From: Gammaproteobacteria bacterium
Lineage (GTDB): Bacteria; Pseudomonadota; Gammaproteobacteria; Ga0077536
Assembly: GCA_963662545.2 (NCBI GenBank)
Contig: CAXXLL010000003.1
Span: 2,080,001 to 2,144,000, forward strand
Direction: 5' to 3'
DNA length: 64,000 nucleotides
Made by a program: the position numbers and the translations under genes. How positions within the stretch are numbered: position 1 is the first letter of the stretch; every line of letters begins with the position of its first letter. The notes beneath the pieces are model-generated. The model was not told where the DNA came from. It was given only the letters and a program-made list of their open reading frames with translations, and did not search any database. Positions 10,432 to 20,045 of the stretch are shown here, piece after piece.

Positions 10432-11166
10432 ATGACCTGGCCCGCCATATTGTTGATCTTGTCGACCGCCGCATTCCTATGCATCGAAAGGATTTCTCCG
10501 GGTAGGGAGTTACCGCACGTTCCAGGCTGGTACTTTCGTGCGCTGCTGATCAACGTCGTTCAATTGACCATCACACTGAGTCTCGCGCGTATCTGGATAG
10601 ACATCTTTCAAGCCGGATCAATTTTCTCCTTGGCTTCCTGGGACATCCCCTTCCTCGAAGGTTTCTTCGGATGGTTCGTGGGGACCTTGATTTTTTATTG
10701 GTGGCACCGCCTACGCCACGTGAAGGGATTTTGGCGTGTGTTTCATCAAATCCACCATTCGCCGTCACGTATAGAGGTGTTGACCAGTTTCTACAAGCAT
10801 CCCGTCGAGATCCTCACGAACTCATTTCTGAGCGCGTTCATTCTCTTCCCCGTGTTGGGCTGCTCCATGCTCGGAACGTACTGGTACAACTTCTTCGCCG
10901 CGACGGGCGAGTATTTCTATCACGCCAATTTCAGGTCGCCGAAGCTTCTACGCTACTTCATCCAGACGCCCGAGCTGCATTCGATACACCACCAGTTGGA
11001 CGTTCACGATTACAATTATTCCGACCTGCCAATTTGGGACCGGATCTTTGGAACGTACAAAGACACGACCGAATTCATGCCTGCATGCGGTTTCCCGGGC
11101 GATAACGAAGAACACCTGGTGGAAATGATCGCTTTCAAGGACGTTTATGAAATCAGCCGATCATAA
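10432..11166 (+). CDS. Sterol desaturase/fatty acid hydroxylase family protein
   Basis: His boxes HRLRH, HQIHH, HAN, HSIHH; WDRIFGT. Confidence 0.92.
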   Translation: MTWPAILLILSTAAFLCIERISPGRELPHVPGWYFRALLINVVQLTITLSLARIWIDIFQAGSIFSLASWDIPFLEGFFGWFVGTLIFYWWHRLRHVKGFWRVFHQIHHSPSRIEVLTSFYKHPVEILTNSFLSAFILFPVLGCSMLGTYWYNFFAATGEYFYHANFRSPKLLRYFIQTPELHSIHHQLDVHDYNYSDLPIWDRIFGTYKDTTEFMPACGFPGDNEEHLVEMIAFKDVYEISRS

Positions 11167-11217
11167 GGTAGTGATTCATCCTGTTACACCCATTCCGGCC
11201 TTCGGCCGATTGCGGTT

Positions 11218-11439
11218 ATGAGCCCTGAAGCACTTCTATGGAATCTCACCGGGGCCGTGCTCATTGGCGGCGGCGTCGCCCTTCAGTTCGCGAATAATTT
11301 CAGTGACCGGTTGTCGGAAGCAATACGTAGCAGGCTGGTATTGGCATTGCTGAATTCAAGGGTATTCCAACTTTTCGGCGGTCTCGCGTTGATCGCCCTT
11401 GGGATTCTTGCGCTTTCTCAAGGAAAGGCTGTCGGTTGA
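11218..11439 (+). CDS. Small 2-TM hypothetical protein
   Basis: 73 aa, two hydrophobic segments, fills an intergenic gap. Confidence 0.45.
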   Translation: MSPEALLWNLTGAVLIGGGVALQFANNFSDRLSEAIRSRLVLALLNSRVFQLFGGLALIALGILALSQGKAVG

Positions 11440-11546
11440 GATGCCGATTTGAATAGTTGAACATTTCGTTCGCCCGCCGTTCGTTGTCACCGCGAACGAA
11501 CGGTGATAGCTTCGCTCACCAGATCCGACTAAAAGGAGGAGCACCC

Positions 11547-12107
11547 ATGGCACGACTGAGCGCCGTTCCCTTCGAGCAGGTCCCCAAAGACCTGCAGGCC
11601 GTCATGCGTCAGTACGACGAAGAACTGGGTGGTTCCGGCTTCGTTCAGGTGCTGGCCAACGCGCCCGACGTGTTTCGTAAGTTCATCGATTTTTATTTTC
11701 CGCTCGCACTCGAAACCCGCGGCGCCGTTACCACGAAGATCACCGAACTCGCGCGCTTGATGGTCGCGCAAAAGAACGAATGTAATCTCTGAATGAACGC
11801 CCGCCTTGCAGTTGCACGGCAGGAAGGACTGACAGAAGAAGAAATCGCTGAGATTCCGAACTACGAATCGAGTGAACTACTCTCTCCGCGCGAAAAAGCC
11901 GCCATCCATTTCGCGGAAGTACTCGCCGGGGATCACCGTCGGGCGTCGGACGCCCTGTTCGACGAGCTGAGAGAGCATTTCACCGAACCGGAGATCCTCG
12001 ATCTCGGCTGGCGTATCGTGACTTTTATCGGATACGGTCGCTTGATCTACGCCCTTGGGCTCGAGATCGGGCAGACCTGTCCGCTACCCCACGCCGCCGC
12101 ATCGTAA
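11547..12107 (+). CDS. AhpD/carboxymuconolactone-decarboxylase-like selenoprotein (CxxU)
   Basis: AGGAGG RBS; ELARLMVAQKNECNL-TGA(11790-92)-MNARL continues in frame into REKAAIHFAE...LREHFTEPEILDL; hairpin GCC-T-TGC[AGTT]GCA-C-GGC downstream of the TGA. Confidence 0.88.
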
Positions 12108-12162
12108 TCCTCTCTAATCCGGACGAAAGCAGGCGTGAGTCTGCTTTCGTCTTTTGCGGCTG

Positions 12163-13710
12163 CTAGGGTCGGTTCTGGGGACCGAGCGGCACGATCTTGT
12201 TGCCGGTGCGTCCGAAATACCCCTTGCGGCAATGTTCCAGGTTGCTGGCTTCGGCGACGCCTGGAATGAAGAGCATGTCTTCGAGCCAGCGTTTGAGCGA
12301 CGGTATGTCGCGCACCATGCGTTCGTTGAGATTGAAGCGCGTGTAATAAACCGCGTCGAAGCGGAATATCGTCGGGAATAGCCGTACATCGGCTTCAGTT
12401 ACCGAATCCCCGAGGAGAAACCGCCGGCCTCTGAGCATGTGATCGAGGGTCTCCAAAGCGTCGAAGAACGTTCGGTACGCCGCTTCGTAGGCGGCCTGGC
12501 TGTCCGTGAATCCCGCCTTATAGGCGCCGTTATTGATGGCGTGGTAGGTGAAGGTGTTGACGCCGTCGATCTGCGCCTGCAGATGCGCGGGATAGAGCGG
12601 TGGAGCGCCGTTGGAGAAACCGTCGAACGCATCGTCGAACATGCGGATGATTTCGGCTGACTCGTTACTGACGATAGTCTCCGTTTTGCGGTCCCATAAG
12701 ATGGGCACCGAGGATTCCGCCGAGCCCACACGATCGTAGAGTTCGCGAATGTGGTGATACCCGAAAAGCGTGTCAAGGGTGCATCCGGATTCCTCGGGGC
12801 GGAATTGCCAGCCACGATCCGCATCCCGGCGATAGAAAAGAACGTCCATTGAAATGACGTCTTCGAGTCCTTTCAATTTGCGCGTCAATACGGCGCGATG
12901 ACACCACGGACAATTGTTCGCAACATACAGATGGTAACGACCGCGCTCGGCCGGAAAGTCCGAACTGCCGTCGGCGGTGATACGGTGGCGGTGGCGGCTG
13001 ATCTTGCGCACCCATTCCCCGTCCACCCGGCGCTTGTTCTGATCTTCCTCGACGTCGGATTCCCCGTCGTGCGATGCGAATCGAATGGCACGATCGTGTC
13101 GTGCATCCAGTTCGATCGAACCCAGCGGGACTTTCTGAGTCGGGTTAATGAGCTCGCTCTCGAGGTAGAAACTTCGCTTCAAGGACTCTAAGTCGATCGC
13201 GTCGCGAAACCCGCGGTCGCTGAAGACATCCCGTGTGTAGTGAGCCAGATTGGAAAATTCTTCAAGGCGCTGGCGATTGAGCTTGTATAGGCCGTAGAAC
13301 ACCGATTCGTACAACCACAGCAAGACGGCCAGCCATTGGTCCGTAGCACTCGGCGCCTCGCCACCGAGAAGAAACCGCCGCTTATCGAGTTCGATATCGA
13401 TGTCATCGAGGGCGGCGTAAAACCGTTCGTAGTTGGCGGCATAAATGCCGGGGTCATCCGTCAATCCGGCTGACCGCGCCGCCTGGTAGATCTCGAAATC
13501 CAGTCGTGAACGCCAGGGATCATCCACCGCTTTCGGCGGAATTGAATGCAGGTCAAAAGGCTTGATCCATTCGGCAGGCATGACGCGCCGAGTGTAGCCG
13601 GCATTGAGTAAGGGAAAAAGCTTTGCACGGTCGCTACGCGGCCGGCGTTTGAAGAAGCCGAATGGCGTCTCATATTGCATGGATATTCCGGCCGCATTGG
13701 CCGGCCTCAC
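12163..13710 (-). CDS. Glutathionyl-hydroquinone reductase (YqjG/ECM4-like GST) with extra N-terminal helical domain
   Basis: FPAERGRYHLYV, CPWCHR, SVPILWD, IVSNESAEII, INNGAYKAGF, TEADVRLFPTIFRFDAVY; start uncertain. Confidence 0.9.
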   Translation of the reverse strand: MRPANAAGISMQYETPFGFFKRRPRSDRAKLFPLLNAGYTRRVMPAEWIKPFDLHSIPPKAVDDPWRSRLDFEIYQAARSAGLTDDPGIYAANYERFYAALDDIDIELDKRRFLLGGEAPSATDQWLAVLLWLYESVFYGLYKLNRQRLEEFSNLAHYTRDVFSDRGFRDAIDLESLKRSFYLESELINPTQKVPLGSIELDARHDRAIRFASHDGESDVEEDQNKRRVDGEWVRKISRHRHRITADGSSDFPAERGRYHLYVANNCPWCHRAVLTRKLKGLEDVISMDVLFYRRDADRGWQFRPEESGCTLDTLFGYHHIRELYDRVGSAESSVPILWDRKTETIVSNESAEIIRMFDDAFDGFSNGAPPLYPAHLQAQIDGVNTFTYHAINNGAYKAGFTDSQAAYEAAYRTFFDALETLDHMLRGRRFLLGDSVTEADVRLFPTIFRFDAVYYTRFNLNERMVRDIPSLKRWLEDMLFIPGVAEASNLEHCRKGYFGRTGNKIVPLGPQNRP

Positions 13711-13825
13711 CGCGTTTTTTCAGTATCATGGCAAGGAGGAGATCAGAAACGGCACGCGATCGCAGCGGTTGAACGGGTGTTTCGGATGGCAGGACGTTTT
13801 ATAGCCTAAGCTGGAAAGCTCACTG

Positions 13826-13886
13826 GCCCGCAAGCGGGCTCCTAGGCGGACAGAACCCTAGGGGCCTTATTGCCGGCGAGCCGAAT
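13826..13886. repeat. Degenerate GTAG-family REP doublet
   Basis: GCCCGCAAGCGGGCTCCTA is identical to the REP at 24886-24904, followed by a decayed inverted copy. Confidence 0.7.
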
Positions 13887-13917
13887 CCGCCGCGGAACGC
13901 AAAAATAGCTAATCCGA

Positions 13918-14751
13918 ATGAAAGACGTTCGAATGGGCCATGCCCGTACGAAAGAAATCGCGACGCTTCTTCTAGAGGCGAAAGCGCACGGTCGAATGAT
14001 CGAACGTCCCGGGAGCGGCCTCGATCGATTCGAACTCAATGACGGCTATACGGTGTATGCTGAAGTCGATGCCCGCTTGCGCCAGGAAGGCTTTGTACCC
14101 GCAGGACGCAAGCTCGGCTTCACCAATGAAGCGACCTGGCGGGAATTCGATCTGGCGACCCCGATCTGGGCCTACGTCTACGACCGGACCTTGAATTTTG
14201 CCGACGTGCGAGTGTTAGAAATCGCTGTCAGCGGCCTCGTGGCGCCTCGGATCGAGCCCGAGGTGGTCTTGAAGCTCAAAGCAATACCCGATGTCAGCGA
14301 CGACACCGCGGGGATGGTCGACGCCATCGAGTGGGTTGCGATTGGATTCGAAATCGTCGACTGTCATTTCGCCGATTGGCAGTTCACGGCCGCCGAGATT
14401 GTCGCGGATTTCGGCGCGCATTCGCGCCTGATCGTGGGCGAGCCGCTCAAGGTCGACGAGCGCTCGAGACCTGCGCTGACGCGCACGCTCGAGGAGTTGA
14501 CGGTGGCATTGCGGTGCGATTCCACCCTTATCGATAGGGGCGTCGGAAGCAACGCCCTCGGGGGACCCCTCAACACGCTAGGGTTCCTCATGGACGCGCT
14601 CGATGCACAGGATTGGGCGGAAGATCTCCGGACGGGGGAGGTCATCACGACCGGTACCCTGACGGGGATTCCCTACATACATCCGGGCGAATGTTGGACC
14701 GTTGAAGTAACGGGCATGGATCTCAATCCGTTGTCGATCCAGCTCATGTGA
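13918..14751 (+). CDS. 2-keto-4-pentenoate hydratase / FAA hydrolase family (MhpD-like)
   Basis: GRKLGFT, PRIEPE, FEIVD, ADFG, GEVITTGT. Confidence 0.88.
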   Translation: MKDVRMGHARTKEIATLLLEAKAHGRMIERPGSGLDRFELNDGYTVYAEVDARLRQEGFVPAGRKLGFTNEATWREFDLATPIWAYVYDRTLNFADVRVLEIAVSGLVAPRIEPEVVLKLKAIPDVSDDTAGMVDAIEWVAIGFEIVDCHFADWQFTAAEIVADFGAHSRLIVGEPLKVDERSRPALTRTLEELTVALRCDSTLIDRGVGSNALGGPLNTLGFLMDALDAQDWAEDLRTGEVITTGTLTGIPYIHPGECWTVEVTGMDLNPLSIQLM

Positions 14752-14782
14752 AAAACACGCCGGCTGAACGGCTAACCGATGT

Positions 14783-15055
14783 CTAGAACCCATCTCAAAA
14801 TTATTCGGGCCCACGTTGGCGGCCCATTTCGTACAATTCAAGGCGCGAGAAGCGTGGCAAAGCATTACTCAATGAGCGACGAGCAACGCGGAGATGTGCG
14901 AAATGGGCCACCAGCCCTTCGGCTTACCCTCTGAAAACCGCGTTTGCTGCGTTGCAGCGCTTGAACATGGAACCACCATGCCCTTCGCGCAGCGCCTTGC
15001 AACCCCGATTTTCAGGGGGCAACGTGGGTCCGAATAATTTTGAGATGGATTCTAG
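14783..15055. mobile_element. MITE (~273 bp) with ~36-bp imperfect terminal inverted repeats and CTAG ends
   Basis: CTAGAACCCATCTCAAAATTATTCGGGCCCACGTTG ... CAACGTGGGTCCGAATAATTTTGAGATGGATTCTAG; non-coding; two internal hairpin arms. Confidence 0.88.
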
Positions 15056-15111
15056 TAATTTTTTGGAAAAACGCCATACACGGGCATTGGAGTAAGTAAG
15101 GAGGTGCAGCG

Positions 15112-15498
15112 ATGCAGGACGATGACAAGCTCAGACATTTGAAAACGGCGCTCTACGTATTCGGCGTGGTCTTCGTCGTTGGCGTGCCCGCGATGATGAT
15201 GTGGATCTGGCCCGACGGATGGGCATGGACGCCGCGCCAACCCGAATACGAACAGATGATCATGGGCGTCTACATGACACTCGGCGTATTCTTGATCCTC
15301 GCGGCCAAAGATCCGCTGGCCAATCGCAGTCTGATCGGGTTCACGGTGTGGTCGAGCATCGTCCACGGCGGCATCATGCTGGTGCAGGCGATCGCCGATG
15401 AAACCGAACGCGCGAACCTGCTCGGGGATATACCCGCACTGTTTCTGGTCGCGTTCGTGTTCTGGTTCCTGATGCCCGCGCGCGCTGCCGAGACTTGA
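15112..15498 (+). CDS. Membrane protein, DUF6632-like
   Basis: WPDGWAW, YEQMIMGVY, AKDPLANRSLI, HGGIM; AAGGAGG RBS. Confidence 0.75.
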   Translation: MQDDDKLRHLKTALYVFGVVFVVGVPAMMMWIWPDGWAWTPRQPEYEQMIMGVYMTLGVFLILAAKDPLANRSLIGFTVWSSIVHGGIMLVQAIADETERANLLGDIPALFLVAFVFWFLMPARAAET

Positions 15499-15537
15499 TT
15501 TGCGGTCGGATTGTCCCGCTTCGCGACCCCGCCCGGT

Positions 15538-16632
15538 TCAATGATCCAGGCTGTTTTTCGCTGAAGGAAAAGCGTTGACCCCGAGGGCATCGCGAAAGGC
15601 CTCGGATCCCTTTATGAACATCGGATCCGTCGGAATGCCAATCCCATTCGCAATGAGATCGTTCTTAGTGAAATTCCCCGCAATGATCGAGGCGCCGGCG
15701 ACGCTGCTGGGTCCCAATCGCACCGCCAATGAATCGCGCGCCCGCGCCAGGACATCGGGGTCATGACCCAGGACCGCGTTTGCAAAATTCAACAGGGCAT
15801 CGCCGCCATCGACGCCGATATCGAGAACCGTGTCCATCAGTGCTTGAACGTCGAAGGTTTTATTGATCGCGCGACCCGTCTCACGGAGGGTCATGGCATG
15901 CGCGACCGTTCAGTAGAAGCATTCATTGATCGCCGATACGCGCCCCGCGACGACCTCGACCTGCGGCCGAGTCAATCCCTCATGATGCTGATATTCGTAG
16001 TCACCGAAACGATCGAGCGGGAGATACTGCACCTGCTCGAGTTCCACATGAGCGGGGGTTTTCGCCGGAACCAGGCTCAAGGCGCGAATGATGAAAGGCA
16101 TCATAGCGTCTCCGTACAGTGCCTTGGCTTCCTCGCCGCCGCGGCGCCCGGCCGGTACCGTCGGCGCCCAGGCTCCTTCGCGCATGGCGCTCGAGGGTCA
16201 CTCCCTCGACGGTTCGCCGTCTCTCGGCTCGGGGAGCACGCGCATCGGCACACCGAGACCGCGCACCATCACATCGAAGTTGGTCAGGCGCGAAATCAGT
16301 CCGACGGTCTCGACGTATTCGGCATCCGTCAGGCCCTCGCGTAATACCGATTCGTAGAAAGAGCTTTCCATTGACTGCGGGTCGACGGCGAGCTGCCTCG
16401 CGACGCGGCACGCCGGGGGCGGTAGTTCGACCCCAGTCAAATCCCGGGGTCGGTAGCCGTTTGATTCCTGCAAGCCGGCTTCACAGCGTGCGTGGCGCGC
16501 TTCCTCGGCGATCGCGATGCGCTGGGAACCGCTCCACCAGGTACCCGGATCTCCTAGTCCATCGATCTGTCGGTCGTGTATCGCATCCAGATCCGAGCGT
16601 ATCTCGTAAGCGGAATCCGCATACAGGCTCAT
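15538..16632 (-). CDS. Tandem AhpD-like selenoprotein (NECFYU), with a second in-frame TGA at 16198-16200 that is probably a nonsense change or error
   Basis: Three track ORFs share one frame: ...PGTWWSGSQRIAIA...GEPSRE*PSSAMREGAW...QVEVVAGRVSAINECFY-TGA(15910-12)-TVAHAMTLRE; CxxUxxxH matches AhpD CxxCxxxH; SECIS-like hairpin follows only the 15910 TGA. Confidence 0.82.
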
Positions 16633-16762
16633 AGGGACACATCCTCGCATGACCGCGCGTCGCATCAAGATTTTAAGACTGCAGAAATTAGCAGGGGACG
16701 CCGGTGCACGGCAGTTTGCCGCGCACGTTCTATGAGATCAACGACAGGAGTGCGTGTGTCGC

Positions 16763-17455
16763 TCAGGCGGTTTTTAGATAGGTGCCGAAAAGCTCGTTGA
16801 ATTCTTCGGGGTCGACTTCGCAATCCTCGACGGTCACGGTCAGATTTTTTTCGACGAACTGCGTCTGATATTCGTAGGCGATGTGAATGGTGGACAGTGG
16901 CACCGACGCGAGACGCAAATCGCAGACACTCAGGCCGCTGATACCGTTTTTGACCTCGACCATGTCCAATACCACGACCGGGATCAGGTTGCTATCGAGC
17001 ATCAACTTGTAGGCGCGGTAGACACTGCCCTCGAAGCCCATCAACGTATCGCCGTACTGGTTGCGTGAGTGGGCCAGAAGATTGGTGCGCGTCGCTGACA
17101 AATCGCCTTCAATGTGACAATGGTCGATGCCGAGGACGGAGAGGCTTTCCCAATCTCGGTCGTCGAGGCTGCACAGCGCCCCGATCGCGCCCGACTCGAG
17201 ACAGGGCGCGACCTGCTCGGGCGTGACGCCCTGGGCGAAGCCGTGGTCCTTCAGGATCATCTTGTCTTTTTCGAACAAGATGTTGCCGAGCAGCACGTTC
17301 GACGCCGACACGTGCAGGATCAGCAGGTCGCCGAGCCCGTGGGCAAAAAAGTTTTTCAGCAGCTCTCTCGAGACCATCGGTAGTAGGGGCCGTCCCGCAC
17401 CGCTTAGGAGTACAGGATCGTTAGCGGCCACGGCCGGCGATATCTTTAGCCGCAT
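16763..17455 (-). CDS. Hypothetical protein
   Basis: 230-aa ORF with protein-like composition and acidic C-terminus; family not recognised. Confidence 0.7.
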   Translation of the reverse strand: MRLKISPAVAANDPVLLSGAGRPLLPMVSRELLKNFFAHGLGDLLILHVSASNVLLGNILFEKDKMILKDHGFAQGVTPEQVAPCLESGAIGALCSLDDRDWESLSVLGIDHCHIEGDLSATRTNLLAHSRNQYGDTLMGFEGSVYRAYKLMLDSNLIPVVVLDMVEVKNGISGLSVCDLRLASVPLSTIHIAYEYQTQFVEKNLTVTVEDCEVDPEEFNELFGTYLKTA

Positions 17456-17550
17456 TACGAATGATAGGACGCTTTATCGTTTGAAACGGTCCACGTCATT
17501 CGCCGCCAATCGGGCCATTTGAATGCTGTGCTGTCATTCACATCAGGTAT

Positions 17551-17964
17551 TTAAATTTCGGGGTCCTTCTCGAACGCCTTCAATCCGGTGACGCTTTCGA
17601 GCCAATGCAGGCTTCTTGGTGTCCAGCATTGCACATTCGGGGTCACCCGGGAGGGATCATCCAGCGTGCCGGCGGCTACGAAGACGTGACCGGGATATCC
17701 CGTCGTAGTTTCGGATATGTGAGTTCCGCAGATACCACAAAACGCTCGAGTCATCATGTTTCCGGCATCGGTTCCCTTATCGAAGGATTTCAATTCACCG
17801 GTCATTTCGACGTCGCTTTGGAGGTAGAACATCGTCGTCAAGAATGCGCTGCCCGAACGCTTCTGGCAATCGAGGCAGTGACAAACCACCGTCGCCGCAG
17901 GTTCGGTTTTGCAGGAGTAGCGCACGGCCCCGCACATGCAGCCGCCGTTCAACGCATCAGCCAT
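17551..17964 (-). CDS. GFA/CENP-V family Zn protein
   Basis: GGCMCGAVRY, CHCLDCQKRSG, FCGICGT, GTLDD. Confidence 0.92.
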   Translation of the reverse strand: MADALNGGCMCGAVRYSCKTEPAATVVCHCLDCQKRSGSAFLTTMFYLQSDVEMTGELKSFDKGTDAGNMMTRAFCGICGTHISETTTGYPGHVFVAAGTLDDPSRVTPNVQCWTPRSLHWLESVTGLKAFEKDPEI

Positions 17965-18154
17965 GGCATTGCCCTCTCTTTTTGTCCGATCATGGCGCGA
18001 CATCGCTCCGCGCCATCTCGAAATATCGGTTAGACACGCTCCAATATTATCTTTTGTAGCGGCTGAGATTGCGTTGAGTCAATCGACGAGGTCGAGTGAT
18101 CCGCGCAGATGCGATATGGTGCGCGGCTGACGCCGGCCTTGCCGGCGGGACTGG

Positions 18155-19975
18155 ATGACATTCGAGACAGCACAGATGAAAAACAGGGTCATACGCCAAT
18201 TTTCGGATTTTATTTTCATAGTCGCGTGGTTTTTTGCAATACCTGCCGCAGGCCAGATCTCGCTCGATCAGGCCACACCGGCTGCGGCACCGGCGTCTGA
18301 ACAGCGCCCGATCCCCGCCAGCCTTGAGTCTCCCCGAGCGACTATGGAGACCTTTCTTGCCTCTATGAAAGCCGTGATAGGTGGCGATCAGACGAAGATC
18401 GCTAAGGCCATCTCGACCCTCGATCTTTCGGAGATGAGCCCGCTGGTGCGTGACGAGAAAGGTAGGGATCTGGTGTGGATCCTCAACGAGGTCATCGACC
18501 GTACCCGCGTGCCGGATGCGAAGCGCTTTGCGACGCGTGCGAAAGGCGACCCCTACGTTTTTCAGACCTACGCTCAGGGTAAGCTCTCCATTGTTTTCAA
18601 GGAAAACGAAGGTTGGCGATTCGGTGTGGAGACCGTCGTAGCGCTGCCCGCCATCCTCGACGAACTGGTGGAGCAGCAAAAGGCCGAGGGTGTGCAACCG
18701 GTCGAGCTGAGTCACCTGCCGTTCCATTTGCGACTGCGCAGCCAATTGCCACCGGCAATGAAAGAGAGAACGCTGGTGCTCGAGCACTGGCAGTGGCTCG
18801 GGATCCTGTTGATCATCCTGCTCGGTATCGTACTCGACAAGCTGGTGTCGATGCTGTTGAGCCTCGGGGTCCGCGTTTGGCGCGATCGGTTCACCACGAG
18901 ATCTTACCGCGAGGTTACTGATTCCATCCTGCGCCCGCTCGGCCTCATGGCCATGGCCTTCGTGTGGTGGGCGGGCTTGAACATGCTGGGCCTGCCGGCG
19001 AAGGCGCTGGTGATCCTCCTGGTATCGGTCAAATTCCTGGCCTGCCTTTCGACGGTCTGGGGCGCTTATCGGCTGGTGGATGTGCTGGGCGCTTTCCTCA
19101 GGGACAAAGCGCTCGACACTGAGACCAAGCTGGACGACGCGCTGGTCCCACTCGTAACCAAGACCATAAAGGTCTTCGTCACGGTTATGGGTGTGGTTTT
19201 CATCGCAGACAATCTCGACGTCGATGTGACGAGCCTGCTGGCGGGTCTCGGTCTAGGCGGCCTGGCGTTCGCCCTCGCGGCCAAGGACGTTGCCGGCAAC
19301 CTGTTCGGTTCCATCACGGTGCTGCTCGACCAGACCTTCCATGTCGGTGACTGGGTCATCATCGGCGATGTGGAAGGCACGGTCGAACGCATCGGCTTTC
19401 GCAGCACGCGCGTCCGGACTTTCTACAATTCGCTGGTGTCGGTCCCGAACTCGATTTTGATCACGGCCAACGTCGACAACATGGGCAGCCGCCAGTTCAG
19501 ACGATTGAGCTGCAAGCTGTCGATCACCTACGACACGCCGCCCGAACGAATCGAGGCCTTCTGCGAAGGCATACGGGAGATCGTTCGCCAGCATCCCTAC
19601 ATGCGCAAGGATTACTATCACGTCTATTTCAACGAGTTCGCTGACGCGTCCCTGAACATTCTCGTTTACGTCTTCTGGAACGTGCCGGACTGGAGTACGG
19701 AGTTGCGCGAACGCCATCGTTTCCTGCTTGATTGCCTGCGCCTGGCGAAGCGTCTCGGCATTGAATATGCCTATCCGACCCAGACGCTGCATCTGAAGCA
19801 GGCCGAGCCCGGGCCGCCGACACCTGAAGAGGGGGTATTCCAGCCGGCTATAACCGAAGACAATGCGCGGGCGCTGGGCCGCGACGAAGCCCGGGCGATC
19901 GTGGCAGCGACGACAGGGCTGGATGTCGTTCCCGGGCCCGTTAAGATCGGTGGTGGTGCGAACGGTGGAGAATGA
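18155..19975 (+). CDS. MscS-family mechanosensitive channel with N-terminal extension
   Basis: LLAGLGLGGLAFALAAKD, FHVGDWV, GTVERIGFRST, VPNS, EFADASLNI, AYPTQT. Confidence 0.93.
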   Translation: MTFETAQMKNRVIRQFSDFIFIVAWFFAIPAAGQISLDQATPAAAPASEQRPIPASLESPRATMETFLASMKAVIGGDQTKIAKAISTLDLSEMSPLVRDEKGRDLVWILNEVIDRTRVPDAKRFATRAKGDPYVFQTYAQGKLSIVFKENEGWRFGVETVVALPAILDELVEQQKAEGVQPVELSHLPFHLRLRSQLPPAMKERTLVLEHWQWLGILLIILLGIVLDKLVSMLLSLGVRVWRDRFTTRSYREVTDSILRPLGLMAMAFVWWAGLNMLGLPAKALVILLVSVKFLACLSTVWGAYRLVDVLGAFLRDKALDTETKLDDALVPLVTKTIKVFVTVMGVVFIADNLDVDVTSLLAGLGLGGLAFALAAKDVAGNLFGSITVLLDQTFHVGDWVIIGDVEGTVERIGFRSTRVRTFYNSLVSVPNSILITANVDNMGSRQFRRLSCKLSITYDTPPERIEAFCEGIREIVRQHPYMRKDYYHVYFNEFADASLNILVYVFWNVPDWSTELRERHRFLLDCLRLAKRLGIEYAYPTQTLHLKQAEPGPPTPEEGVFQPAITEDNARALGRDEARAIVAATTGLDVVPGPVKIGGGANGGE

Positions 19976-20045
19976 TGAATCCTATTTCGCGGCTCGCAAT
20001 GTTCCGGCGGCCTCATTAACTAAGGGACACCGAGTGATCAGAAAA

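Noticed and set aside
16198-16200. TGA as a second selenocysteine
   Set aside because: Not in a Cys motif, no GT-loop hairpin downstream, and one change from CGA (Arg)
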